Below, in pieces: positions 1-9,678 of a stretch of 64,000 nt of DNA. Position 1 is the stretch's first letter. Each line of letters starts with the position of its first letter. A program made the position numbers and the translations under genes. This DNA comes from an uncultured Candidatus Saccharibacteria bacterium (GTDB taxonomy: Bacteria; Patescibacteriota; Minisyncoccia; Phycocordibacterales; PALSA-1337): the NCBI GenBank assembly GCA_964495685.1, contig CAZBVQ010000001.1, forward strand, positions 373,568 through 437,567. Reading direction: 5' to 3'. The notes below the pieces were generated by a model. The model ran no database searches. It saw only the letters and a list, made by a program, of their open reading frames with translations, and had not been told where the DNA came from.

Positions 1-1
1 A

Positions 2-736
2 GCTGATTGGTATGATGATGTGGTCAATGACAGCGACTCATACCAGAAGAATGTCCTCCTGCCCAACATGCTCCGCATCGTCGATCCCAAGAAAGGGCTG
101 ACCGTGCTCGATGTCGCCTGCGGCCAAGGATATTTCTCCCGTTTTTTCGCTGGTGCTGGCGCCAAGGTCATCGCTACTGATATTTCTATCGAACTCATCG
201 AGAAGGCGCAGGCGGGTCAGATCAAGGAGTCGCCGGTCGAATATTACGTCGCTCCTGCTGACGATCTCTCCATCATCGAACCATCCTCGATCGATGTGGC
301 TACTATTGTCCTCGCACTTCAGAATATCGAAAACCTTCAAGGCACTCTCTCCGAAATTGCACGTGTCCTCAAACCGGGTGGCCGACTGGTGTTCGTGCTC
401 AATCATCCAGCATTCCGCATACCACAACGCTCCGATTGGGGATGGGATGACAAAAATGCCACGCAATATCGTCGTATCGATTCGTATATATCAGATGATC
501 GGGTGAAGATCGACATGACACCAGGCGAGAAAGATGACAAGAAAAAGAAGTTCACGGTTTCATTCCACCGACCGCTGCAAGTATATTTCAAAGCCATGAA
601 CAAAGCAGGTCTCGCGGTGACGCGTCTCGAGGAATGGGTGTCACACAAGAAAAGCCAGGAAGGTCCGCGCGCGGCAGAAGAAGATCGTATGAGGAAAGAG
701 ATTCCGTTGTTTGTGTGTGTGGAGTGTAGGAAATAA
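2..736 (+). CDS. Class I SAM-dependent methyltransferase (5'-partial; frame open from window edge)
   Basis: Motif I VLDVACGQG, acidic ATDIS, and IARVLKPGG motif; no stop upstream of 20 in this frame. Confidence 0.85.
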   Translation, partial: ADWYDDVVNDSDSYQKNVLLPNMLRIVDPKKGLTVLDVACGQGYFSRFFAGAGAKVIATDISIELIEKAQAGQIKESPVEYYVAPADDLSIIEPSSIDVATIVLALQNIENLQGTLSEIARVLKPGGRLVFVLNHPAFRIPQRSDWGWDDKNATQYRRIDSYISDDRVKIDMTPGEKDDKKKKFTVSFHRPLQVYFKAMNKAGLAVTRLEEWVSHKKSQEGPRAAEEDRMRKEIPLFVCVECRK

Positions 737-800
737 ATCTCATAAACGAAGGCCCGCCGACAGATTGCTCTGTGGCGGGTTGAAAGGGCTACAAACAGAT

Positions 801-2024
801 TCAGAACGTGAGGTGCTCGATTTCCAAACCCTCAATTCCATGGGTGATGTGGTAGCCGTACAATGAATACGGCGTGAGACCGTAAGCAATGCCGATCACC
901 TTTGCTGATCTGACCATCACTGGGCCATTGACCGCCTTGGTAATTGTTCCTGCCAGAGAAAACTGGCGTGAACTACCTGCGGGGACGACGAAGTATTCAA
1001 CAGTGTCCCCGGTGACAACTTCTGGCGCCGTTGACACCGATGTTAGGCCGAACATGGTATCCAGATCGGTGATTGCCTGAATAAGACTCTGTCCACTCGA
1101 ACCGACGATGGGGCCATTTCTACTCAGAAACAGCGTCTCATCTGCAGCCGTCAATGTGAAATCGAGCTGTACGGGGTAGCCTACGATCACCCCATTTGAT
1201 TCGATGGGTGTACCAAGTGTTATCTGTGTATCTGATACCAGCGCGCTGGCCGAAGAGAATGTCGTCGTAGCGCTCGTATTGGTGGACGCCGTCACCGGTA
1301 GGGTGTTGTACTGGCCGTCTTCAACCGTAGGGTTAGTACCAGTGACGTTATTGGTGCCGTAACATTCCAGTGTCACAGATGCTTGGACACCATCTAAGTG
1401 TCCACCAGTATTTACAACGACTCTGCCCAACACCTTGATAGGAACCCACGTGTTAATGGGCATAATGGCTACAAGGCTGAGGAAGGTTACTGTGGCTTGG
1501 TTGGTACTATTCACCACGATCGAGTCGGCTGAGTACGTCAGGCCATTCACCCATATTTTCAGATCGCTGAACACATCAACACATGAGGCGTTGCTTGTGT
1601 TGATTGTGAGTTTGAGCGAACGCAATGCTGCGTCCGTGGTGGCCTTCACATCATACACAGCGAGTACCACGTTCTCTGTATCAACACTCTCCGACACTTG
1701 AACTATCCGGTTCAGTGGCGAAGTGTCACTTATTTTCACCGACACCTGACCCAGCGCTCCCGGAGCCAACTGAATGGTCCGGTAGTAGAGTTGAGGGCCA
1801 GTGGGGAAGTTGGTGTAGCCATACACCCCCGACGCGTTCCCGTACACAATCGCCTTGTCCGTCCAATCGTTTAGATTGGTCGAAGTCTGCAATTTATAGT
1901 TCGTGAACGGCTGGCCGTTGAACGTGACCACGTCCGCGGGAACGCGATTCAAGGTCAGTGTCTGTGCCTGGGCCGTGATGGCCACCGAAACTACCACTAA
2001 CAGGGTAGCGATCGTGCTTTTCAT
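801..2024 (-). CDS. Secreted beta-rich surface protein (signal peptide, STNL..W..YYR module, CPR-type surface domains)
   Basis: Signal peptide MKSTIATLLVVVSVAITAQA; Thr/Val/Ser-rich; AAAGGA RBS and consensus promoter upstream. Confidence 0.75.
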   Translation of the reverse strand: MKSTIATLLVVVSVAITAQAQTLTLNRVPADVVTFNGQPFTNYKLQTSTNLNDWTDKAIVYGNASGVYGYTNFPTGPQLYYRTIQLAPGALGQVSVKISDTSPLNRIVQVSESVDTENVVLAVYDVKATTDAALRSLKLTINTSNASCVDVFSDLKIWVNGLTYSADSIVVNSTNQATVTFLSLVAIMPINTWVPIKVLGRVVVNTGGHLDGVQASVTLECYGTNNVTGTNPTVEDGQYNTLPVTASTNTSATTTFSSASALVSDTQITLGTPIESNGVIVGYPVQLDFTLTAADETLFLSRNGPIVGSSGQSLIQAITDLDTMFGLTSVSTAPEVVTGDTVEYFVVPAGSSRQFSLAGTITKAVNGPVMVRSAKVIGIAYGLTPYSLYGYHITHGIEGLEIEHLTF

Positions 2025-2095
2025 ACTGATTATTCCTTTTCTTTGTTGTTTTTCCGTTTGTTTATGTGGCTTTATAGAGCCAAAGTTTCAGGTAC

Positions 2096-2126
2096 TATTA
2101 TATCACACTATATAGTAGTGTGTCAA
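2096..2126 (-). promoter_or_regulatory. Consensus sigma70 promoter with an inverted repeat across the spacer
   Basis: Minus strand TTGACA-18nt-TATAAT; CACACTA-tatag-TAGTGTG palindrome overlaps the spacer. Confidence 0.7.
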
Positions 2127-2163
2127 ATAGACCCAAGGGCCACAAAACCCCCTTGTTGAGCAC

Positions 2164-3330
2164 TTATTTCGTATCCCTGATCATTATCGCCGGTATGATA
2201 CCGACCAGTGAGATCATGCCTACCAATACGAACAAATATTCGTGAGTCATGAAGAGGAGTCCGAATCCAGTTATGATCGGTGCAATGAAATTTGAAACAG
2301 GACGAGTGATACGGAAGAGACCGAGGACGGCGCTGTCGCGAGGAGATACCGTTTTGAAGAAATAAGTCTCCATCATGATCTCCGCAGCTGCAGCGCCGAC
2401 ACGTGTCATGAAGAGGGCAATCGCCCAGATGGCCACATTGTGTGAAGTCAGGAATGAAAGTGCGATGGTGGCGACTCCGACGATTGCGAATCCGATAGCC
2501 ATGATTTCTTTCTCGCCATAACGCTGGTCAGCAAGTTTGCCCAGAGGGTATTGGACCACCACGAATGGTATGAGCATCACCGTCAGGATAATAGCAATCT
2601 GATCCCAACTGAATCCCATCGTCTTATTCAAGTAAATCGGACTATAGATCACCATCCAGGCATAGAATGTTTGCAGAATGATGTTGCCGAAAAAGAGCCA
2701 CGACCAATTCCTGTTCGATGAGACATGTTTGATGAGTTGCCAAGGAGATAGATGAATATAGTTGGGATCTTTGAATCGAGGGAAATTCTTGTGAATGAGA
2801 TAGAGGAGCGGGAAGAGCATGGCCAGGCCGGCGATGTAGGTGTTGCGATAGTTATTCATGCCATTGATGAGCATGCTGCCGATCATTGGACCGATCAGCC
2901 AGGAAGCATTGAGTGTCGTGGTGTAGAAGCCACGAATGGTCCCCGTGTGTTGTCCATCAGTGTATTTTTCGAGGAATATGTCGAGCGTGAGACCGATCAG
3001 TGAGACGATGGCAGATTGCAAAATGAAAAATACAGCAATCCATGTCGGCGACGTGGCCGTAACAAGACCATAGAACAGAATAATCTGGATACATACGAGA
3101 CCTATCGAGACTGCATAGTTGCCGAAGCGACGAATGATGGGAGATGCGAGCAGGAAGCCCAGGATGGAAACGGCCGCGCCGATCATATAAATAATACCGA
3201 CGGTACGTTCGTCTGCGTAGAGTGACAGGAAGCTGGAGTTCGAGTACATCGGCAGCACCATGTGCAGTGTGTAGATGAAGCCGATGACTGCGATGGTGTA
3301 GATGACGTGAGAACGGGGGATGGAGTTCAT
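2164..3330 (-). CDS. MFS transporter
   Basis: About 12 hydrophobic segments; MFS motif A GKLADQRYGEK. Confidence 0.85.
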   Translation of the reverse strand: MNSIPRSHVIYTIAVIGFIYTLHMVLPMYSNSSFLSLYADERTVGIIYMIGAAVSILGFLLASPIIRRFGNYAVSIGLVCIQIILFYGLVTATSPTWIAVFFILQSAIVSLIGLTLDIFLEKYTDGQHTGTIRGFYTTTLNASWLIGPMIGSMLINGMNNYRNTYIAGLAMLFPLLYLIHKNFPRFKDPNYIHLSPWQLIKHVSSNRNWSWLFFGNIILQTFYAWMVIYSPIYLNKTMGFSWDQIAIILTVMLIPFVVVQYPLGKLADQRYGEKEIMAIGFAIVGVATIALSFLTSHNVAIWAIALFMTRVGAAAAEIMMETYFFKTVSPRDSAVLGLFRITRPVSNFIAPIITGFGLLFMTHEYLFVLVGMISLVGIIPAIMIRDTK

Positions 3331-3413
3331 GGAGTTGGATATTATTATAGCAGGAATGGTTGGAATAGTATCGATACTTGCCTCACACTCGGTTTAATGC
3401 TAAAGTATCGCCT

Positions 3414-3674
3414 ATGAAAAAAGACATCCACCCAGCCAACTATCGTCCTGTAATCTTCGCTGACAACTCAAGCGGAGCCAAATTCCTCGTATCTTCTGCT
3501 ATCGCCACCAAGGAGACCGCCACGTGGACCGACGGTAAGGAATATCCAGTACACTACGTCGAAATTTCAAGTGCTTCTCATCCGTTCTACACCAACCAAG
3601 AGAAGACCATCGACACTGCTGGTCGCGTCGAGAAGTTCAAGAATCGTCAGGCCAAGGCAAAGACAAAGAAATAG
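3414..3674 (+). CDS. rpmE2: 50S ribosomal protein L31 type B (Zn-free)
   Basis: MKKDIHP...EISSASHPFYT...GRVEKF; no CxxC. Confidence 0.95.
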   Translation: MKKDIHPANYRPVIFADNSSGAKFLVSSAIATKETATWTDGKEYPVHYVEISSASHPFYTNQEKTIDTAGRVEKFKNRQAKAKTKK

Positions 3675-3680
3675 CGCACT

Positions 3681-3778
3681 ACGAATCCACGAATACGCAC
3701 GAATGCCACGAATGACGAATTCAGGCCGTGCGTTTGTTCGTATATTTGCGACATTCGCATAGATTCGTCAATTCGTAT
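3681..3778. repeat. Short ACGAAT repeats followed by inverted ATTCGT/ATTCGC copies
   Basis: Five ACGAAT units at 3681-3720, then about five reverse-complement-like units at 3736-3778. Confidence 0.8.
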
Positions 3779-3791
3779 TATAATCTCAGAT

Positions 3792-4769
3792 ATGGACCTC
3801 AACCCCTACAAATCCAATCCCAAAACCTCATTCATGGCAGGAATGTATGAGAAGCTCCTCAAGGACGAAGCTGAAGTGCGCGGTCTCATCGAAGCTGATC
3901 CTGGCATGAAAGAGATGGCCGAGCATGAGCTCGCGTCACTCATCGAACAGAAGAAGTCGCTGGAAACAGAGATGGCGGCTATTGTCGCTGCTGATGTAGT
4001 CGAAGAAGAGAAACCCAAAGAAATGATTCTCGAAGTTCGTGCCGGTGCGGGTGGTGACGAGGCAGCACTCTTCGCAGCTGAGCTTATGGATATGTACAAG
4101 CGCTATGGCGAGAGCAAAGGGTGGACGATGAAAATCATCGATGAATCAAAAAATGACCTGGGTGGATACAAAGAGGCGTCACTTGAATTCAAAGGTAAAG
4201 ATGCATTCGAGACTCTGCGCTGGGAGACAGGTGTGCATCGCGTGCAACGCGTCCCTGAGACCGAGAAGATGGGTCGTGTCCATACCTCGACCGTGACCGT
4301 TGCTATCATGCCCATCCGCAAGAAATCCAAATTCGTCATCAATCCTGCCGATTTGGAAATGGAATTTTCGCGTGCTGGTGGTAAGGGTGGCCAGAACGTC
4401 AACAAAGTCGAATCTGCTGTCCGCTTGATCCATAAGCCGACAGGTATCGACGTGCGTTCGACTGCTGAGCGTTCACAAGGTGCCAACAAGGAATTGGCTC
4501 TCCAGATTCTCACCGCCAAACTCGAAGCTCTCGAGGAGGAAAAAGCTGCTCAGAAGTTTGCTGCTGAACGCAAGGGTCAGATCGGTACGGGTAGTCGCTC
4601 AGAGAAGATTCGCACGTACAATTTCCCACAGGACCGTGTGACCGATCATCGTATCAAGGAGTCATGGCACAACCTGCCAGCAATTCTCGCTGGTAAGTTT
4701 GACCCGATTACTGAGGCGCTCAAGGAGTTTGAGAAGACGGGGAAAACGGGGAGTTCGGATGAAGAGTAA
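3792..4769 (+). CDS. prfA: Peptide chain release factor 1
   Basis: [11 protein letters not shown] (PxT), [10 protein letters not shown] (GGQ), [15 protein letters not shown]. Confidence 0.95.
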   Translation: MDLNPYKSNPKTSFMAGMYEKLLKDEAEVRGLIEADPGMKEMAEHELASLIEQKKSLETEMAAIVAADVVEEEKPKEMILEVRAGAGGDEAALFAAELMDMYKRYGESKGWTMKIIDESKNDLGGYKEASLEFKGKDAFETLRWETGVHRVQRVPETEKMGRVHTSTVTVAIMPIRKKSKFVINPADLEMEFSRAGGKGGQNVNKVESAVRLIHKPTGIDVRSTAERSQGANKELALQILTAKLEALEEEKAAQKFAAERKGQIGTGSRSEKIRTYNFPQDRVTDHRIKESWHNLPAILAGKFDPITEALKEFEKTGKTGSSDEE

Positions 4770-4834
4770 TATCGAAATACACAAGGAGTCTGGGATTTCT
4801 GTACCTCGTGTCCACTTTATGGGGTACAGATCAT

Positions 4835-4909
4835 TGGTGCCCTCGGTAGGAATCGAACCTACATCTATTCCTTAGGACGGAACTGTTCTATCCATTGAAC
4901 TACGAGGGC
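4835..4909 (-). tRNA. tRNA-Arg(CCT)
   Basis: Reverse complement GCCCTCGTAGTTCAATGGATAGAAC...GTTCC-GTCCTAA-GGAAT...GGTTCGATTCC...GAGGGCACCA; CCA encoded. Confidence 0.95.
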
Positions 4910-4986
4910 AGGGGTGACTATAATAGCTGAACGAGAAAACTATAGCATATTTTGCGAACAATGATATTTTCTGTTATAGTGTTTTT

Positions 4987-5274
4987 ATGACTGATGAAGA
5001 GCGCTCCTTACTCGAGAGAACGTACAAGCTCGCCGAGGAGAACAATGGGATACTGCGTGCGATGCGCCGAGCCAATAGGTTTTCGACGGTTATGCGTGTA
5101 CTCTATTGGGCAGCTATCATTGGTCTCAGTTTCGGTGCCTATTATCTCATCCAACCGTATCTCAATGCGACCATGGATGCATATAGCAAACTCTCAGGAA
5201 GTATTCAGGGAGTCGAGAACAATATAAATAGTGCGCAAAATACGCTGGATACGTTGAAAGGGTATCTCAAATAA
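4987..5274 (+). CDS. Small membrane protein (one TM plus coiled coil)
   Basis: 95-aa ORF with TM LYWAAIIGLSFGAYYLI; TATAGT -10 just upstream of ATG. Confidence 0.75.
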   Translation: MTDEERSLLERTYKLAEENNGILRAMRRANRFSTVMRVLYWAAIIGLSFGAYYLIQPYLNATMDAYSKLSGSIQGVENNINSAQNTLDTLKGYLK

Positions 5275-5280
5275 CCTCAT

Positions 5281-5353
5281 GCCGAGGTAGCTCAGTTGGT
5301 AGAGCATTCCCCTGAAGAGGGAAGGGTCACCAGTTCGATCCTGGTCCTCGGCA
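5281..5353 (+). tRNA. tRNA-Phe(GAA)
   Basis: GCCGAGGTAGCTCAGTTGGTAGAGC, anticodon arm TTCCC-CTGAAGA-GGGAA, T arm GTTCGATC; CCA not encoded. Confidence 0.95.
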
Positions 5354-5486
5354 CTACTTCGCAACCCCGCCCAAAAGGCGGGGTTGCTTCGTAGTGCGGG
5401 CACGGTAAGGTTCTAGGTCATATTTCATCCACAGGAGGCCTTGTCGAATAAGGCGATTTTGTTATGCTTACCGCTGGGTTCAGTAT

Positions 5487-6017
5487 ATGCAAAAGCCAAT
5501 CCTGGGTGCACTAATCGCACTCTTCGTTGCGGCGAACGCATCGCCGCGGGACATGACTCCAGGGGAGTCAGATAAGGGTCGGCCACCGACGCATGTGCAG
5601 TTGACCGACGAACAGTTGATGTACCTCAACAACTATTGTGGTAAACGTAGCTGGGCCATTTTTCTCTGCCGTGTACTTGGTTATTTTCACGGCAGGCATA
5701 ATGCCGACATCACGCTCGAGGATTTGCGTCCTCGTGCCGCGAAACACTGCGGACTACCTTCAGATGCGGTCTGGGAATCATTTCTTGGGGTCAAGAAATA
5801 CCAGAAGTATCTGACCGAAGTAAATCGCAAGAAAATCTCCAAGGTGCTCTTCGGGCATGAAGATGCCACCTGGGTGCAGCTGCTCAACAGGATTGAGTGG
5901 CTCCGCATCAAACGTGAACAGAACGAGATCTCGATGAGAGTGCAGGGCGACCAGGGAGGTCGCCTTTTTTGTTCTAGGCCCGGCCTAGAAATTCGGTTAT
6001 ACTACCGACATGAATAG
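5487..6017 (+). CDS. Hypothetical protein (accessory)
   Basis: 176-aa ATG ORF filling the tRNA-Phe/dnaG gap; its 3' end reads through a terminator-like hairpin and a palindrome. Confidence 0.55.
   Translation: MQKPILGALIALFVAANASPRDMTPGESDKGRPPTHVQLTDEQLMYLNNYCGKRSWAIFLCRVLGYFHGRHNADITLEDLRPRAAKHCGLPSDAVWESFLGVKKYQKYLTEVNRKKISKVLFGHEDATWVQLLNRIEWLRIKREQNEISMRVQGDQGGRLFCSRPGLEIRLYYRHE
5972..5990. repeat. REP-like palindrome TTCTAGGCCCGGCCTAGAA
   Basis: Perfect 19-bp palindrome; related copies at 13580, 20875, 25056 (double) and 61812. Confidence 0.8.
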
Positions 6018-7812
6018 AACCGTCGTCGAACAGATCAAGGAGCGCCTGCCGGTCAATGAGGTTATTGGTCAGTATTTGAAATTGGAAAAGTCAGGTAATG
6101 CCTACAAGGCCAAGTGCCCATTTCACAATGAGAAGTCACCCTCATTCTTCGTCTCACCAGATCGTGGGGGTTACTACTGTTTTGGCTGTAATGCCAAAGG
6201 AGACATTTTTACATTTGTGGAACAATTCGAAGGACTCGATTTCCGCGGCGCGCTCAAAGTCCTCGCCGAACGTGCGGGAGTGCAGCTCACCTTCGACAAG
6301 AAAGCAGATGGGGAACGAGATCGTTTGTTCGATATCATGGAGGCCGCTGCGTCCTATTTTGAAGCAGAATACATTCGAGCCAAAGACGTTCAAGACTATG
6401 TGAAGAAACGCGGTATCACCGACACAACTCGCGAAGAGTTCCGTATCGGCTGGGCGCCAGAGGGGTGGCAGTCGCTCATCGATCATCTTCGAGTCAAGAA
6501 GTTTTCTGATTCACTTATAGAGAAAGCGGGACTCGGCAAGAAGACTGACGAAGGTAAATTCTACGATCGTTTCCGTGGTCGTGTGATGTTTCCCATTTTT
6601 GACTCAAGTGGTCGGGTGATCGCTTTTTCGGGACGTATTCTCAAAGATGATGGCAAGTCTGCGAAATATTTGAATAGTCCAGATACACCACTCTATGACA
6701 AATCAATGGTGCTCTACGGTCTCGACAAGGCCAAGAGTGACATTCGTCGCATGAATTACACTATCATGGTCGAAGGACAGATGGACCTCGTCATGTCTCA
6801 TCAGGCAGGGATAAAAAATACAGTTGCATCTTCAGGTACGGCCCTTACCGATGAATCGTTTAGTGAATCTGGCGCAGTGAGTAATCTCGGGCTTGTCCGT
6901 CGCTTGTCGCCAAATGTTATTATCGCCTTCGATTCTGACAGTGCGGGAAGAAAGGCGGCCATGCGTGCCGCGGGCATTGCACTTTCTATGGGTATGGATG
7001 TGAAGATTGCGGACTTGGTCGGCGGCAAAGATCCGGCCGATCTTGTTCTCCACAATCCTGAAGACTGGAAGAACGCACTCCGCTCTGCCAAGCCCATCAT
7101 CGAATTCGAACTTGGCAATGTGATGCGTGATGTGCCAGATAGCAGGAAAGTGGGACGCGCTCTGCGTGAACGAGTTTTCCCATTCCTGGCACGTATCGAG
7201 AGTAGGATGGATCAGGCACATTTCGTGAAGATGATTTCGGACAAGACGAATATTCCAGAAACGGCGGTGTGGGATGATTTGAAGAACGTGAAGGTCGAAC
7301 AAGCGAAGGGGGGCAGCGCGTCTGAGGGACGTTTCGGAGGCCACGAAGGTGGCCGAGAACCAGCTGCGCCGTCAGCAGACGGCGACAGCGTGTCCCGAAG
7401 ACGCGGTGCCCCCGGAGCGGGCCTCGACCTCATCGAGCGTCGCCTCTTCGGTCTTCTTTCGCTCATTGAGAAAACTGAACCCAAAAAGGGTGCTGAGTAT
7501 CGTGCCGCTATCAAGAAAATCGCAGACGCTTCATACGATATGCGCTGGGCCCGTATCGAACCAATGCTCGGTGATGTCGCCTTCGAAGCAGAGGCATTCT
7601 TCGGCAGCGCTCTTGCGGAATGGGATCGTCACATGAAAGAACTCATCGCCAATTTCGAGCAAAATATGGTCAATGAGGAACTTCTCGCTACTATGAATGA
7701 GCTCCGTCAGGCAGAAAAGATCGGAGATACCGCCAAGGTCGCTGAGCTCGCCAAGAAATGTCAGGTCCTGAGTATCAGGAAAGGGGAGATCGGGAAAAGG
7801 ATGAGGGATTAA
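6010..7812 (+). CDS. dnaG: DNA primase
   Basis: CHC2 Zn finger CPFHNEKSPSF...CFGC, KYLNSP, TOPRIM VEGQMD and FDSDSAG; upstream of rpoD. Confidence 0.97.
   Translation: MNRTVVEQIKERLPVNEVIGQYLKLEKSGNAYKAKCPFHNEKSPSFFVSPDRGGYYCFGCNAKGDIFTFVEQFEGLDFRGALKVLAERAGVQLTFDKKADGERDRLFDIMEAAASYFEAEYIRAKDVQDYVKKRGITDTTREEFRIGWAPEGWQSLIDHLRVKKFSDSLIEKAGLGKKTDEGKFYDRFRGRVMFPIFDSSGRVIAFSGRILKDDGKSAKYLNSPDTPLYDKSMVLYGLDKAKSDIRRMNYTIMVEGQMDLVMSHQAGIKNTVASSGTALTDESFSESGAVSNLGLVRRLSPNVIIAFDSDSAGRKAAMRAAGIALSMGMDVKIADLVGGKDPADLVLHNPEDWKNALRSAKPIIEFELGNVMRDVPDSRKVGRALRERVFPFLARIESRMDQAHFVKMISDKTNIPETAVWDDLKNVKVEQAKGGSASEGRFGGHEGGREPAAPSADGDSVSRRRGAPGAGLDLIERRLFGLLSLIEKTEPKKGAEYRAAIKKIADASYDMRWARIEPMLGDVAFEAEAFFGSALAEWDRHMKELIANFEQNMVNEELLATMNELRQAEKIGDTAKVAELAKKCQVLSIRKGEIGKRMRD
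7309..7413 (+). repeat. 105-nt fold-back element inserted in-frame in dnaG
   Basis: GGGGGCAGCGCGTCT...AGACGCGGTGCCCCC closing stem with two internal hairpins; GC-rich, encodes a low-complexity linker. Confidence 0.75.
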
Positions 7813-7857
7813 AAAACGAAGGGCTTCAGGGAGCCCTTCGTCAAGGTGCGCTACTGT

Positions 7858-8169
7858 CTAGATGGAGAATGTTCCACTTGTGAAGATTGGAATGACTGTG
7901 GTTGTTCTCAGATCGTTTCTAAGTACCCTGACTTTCTTCAGAAGGTCGAGGATGATCCCGAATTGATTGCTCCTACGGCCTGGTACCAAGATCTCCAAAT
8001 ACTGACAAGCTTCCCCTTTCATATTCCAAATTCGGTTCACAACTGCTACTGATGTTCGCTGAGTCAACACCTTATCTGTGAGACCGGCCGCGGGAATAAG
8101 TTCTCGCAACTCTTGAACAATAGCATCTTCGGTGCAGCTATTGAATCCATGAAATCTGATAATGATCAT
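7858..8169 (-). CDS. Hypothetical protein
   Basis: ~103-aa ORF (MIIIRFHGF...) inserted antisense between dnaG and rpoD, ending at a bidirectional hairpin at 7812-7842. Confidence 0.55.
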   Translation of the reverse strand: MIIIRFHGFNSCTEDAIVQELRELIPAAGLTDKVLTQRTSVAVVNRIWNMKGEACQYLEILVPGRRSNQFGIILDLLKKVRVLRNDLRTTTVIPIFTSGTFSI

Positions 8170-8292
8170 AGTCGGTTCTTTCGTTGGTTTACCATTTTGA
8201 TACCACGCCACACATATAACGTCAATACTACTTGCGCTACCTACGAATACCATTTATAATCATGGTCTATTAAATAACCCCCTTCTTCCTTC

Positions 8293-9540
8293 ATGAAGAA
8301 ACAACATAAGCGTCCGCGTGCCGGCGGATCGAAGGCTCGAAAGAGCGTTCAGCGTCCGGTCAAGCGTTCAGCTGGCAGATCAAAGCCGGCTCTACGAAAA
8401 GCTGGTGTACCAAAATCACATGGTAAGGGCAAGCCCATGTCCAAGGCCGACAAAGCCAAGGATTTCGAGACGCGCGCAAACAAACTGATCGCCAAAGGTC
8501 GCGATCGTGGTTTCATTACGTATGATGAGATCATGAAGGAGTTTCCTCAGATCGAGAACGATATTATGTTTCTCGATGAGTTGTATACCAAATTCGGCGC
8601 AGCCAATGTCGACGTGCTCGAAGGTGGTGGATTGCTCGAGATCGAAGATCTCGCTCCCAAGAAGCCGCAACAGCAACACTATTCTCGTACGAGCTCATCT
8701 GATTCTGCCTATGACTCTATCCAGATGTACCTCAAAGAGATCGGGCAATACCCACTCATCACTGCTTCAGATGAGAAAGATCTCGCCAAGCGTATTCAGG
8801 CAGGTGACACTGAAGCAAAGAACCTGCTCGCAAAAGCAAACCTTCGCCTCGTCGTCTCTATTGCCAAGAAATATGTTGGCCGAAGTCCAGACCTCACGTT
8901 GCTCGATCTTATCCAAGAAGGTAACCTTGGTCTCTTCCGTGCCGTCGATAAGTTCGACTGGACCAAGGGATACAAATTCTCGACATATGCTACTTGGTGG
9001 ATTCGCCAAGCTATCACTCGCGCACTCGCTGATCAGTCACGCACTATCCGTGTGCCGGTACACATGGTGGAGACTATCGCCAAGTACAAGCAGGTAGTCC
9101 GTCGCCTCTCTCACGATCTCGGTCGCGAACCACTCCCCGATGAGATTGCCACTGAGATGGGTATGGATGTCGACAAGATCTACCAGATCGAGAAGATCGA
9201 ACAGGATGTCGTGTCACTCGAGCAGCCTGTCGGTGATGATAGCGATGATGGCAAGTCGACGTTGCAAGACTTCATTCCTGACGACAAGATCCTGTCTCCG
9301 GCTGATGAGTCATCTCGTCGTATTCTCCGTGACCAGGTCACGACTATCTTGAATGATCTCTCGGAAAAGGAACGCAAGATTCTTGAGATGCGTCATGGAC
9401 TCAATGATGGCATCACGCACACCCTCGAAGAAGTGGGTAAAGAGTTCGGAGTCACCCGTGAACGTATTCGTCAGATTGAGGCCAAGGCACATGAGAAGAT
9501 CAGACAACATGAGAAGATAAATAGGCTCAAGAATTACTAA
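8293..9540 (+). CDS. rpoD: RNA polymerase primary sigma factor
   Basis: [58 protein letters not shown]. Confidence 0.97.
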   Translation: MKKQHKRPRAGGSKARKSVQRPVKRSAGRSKPALRKAGVPKSHGKGKPMSKADKAKDFETRANKLIAKGRDRGFITYDEIMKEFPQIENDIMFLDELYTKFGAANVDVLEGGGLLEIEDLAPKKPQQQHYSRTSSSDSAYDSIQMYLKEIGQYPLITASDEKDLAKRIQAGDTEAKNLLAKANLRLVVSIAKKYVGRSPDLTLLDLIQEGNLGLFRAVDKFDWTKGYKFSTYATWWIRQAITRALADQSRTIRVPVHMVETIAKYKQVVRRLSHDLGREPLPDEIATEMGMDVDKIYQIEKIEQDVVSLEQPVGDDSDDGKSTLQDFIPDDKILSPADESSRRILRDQVTTILNDLSEKERKILEMRHGLNDGITHTLEEVGKEFGVTRERIRQIEAKAHEKIRQHEKINRLKNY

Positions 9541-9678
9541 CTAAAGCCCCAATAGAAGAAATCGCCTCTCCAGGCGGTTTTTTCTTGCCAAAATTAGCTT
9601 ATCGTGCTATATTTTTGCGCGTACCTGCGTCAGTGAGACGTGGGATGTAACCAAAACCCGATAGTAGTTGAAAATCAA

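Noticed and set aside
3681-3778. CRISPR array
   Set aside because: Units are 6 nt with 1-4 nt gaps; no 23-47-bp repeats with unique spacers and no cas genes in the window.
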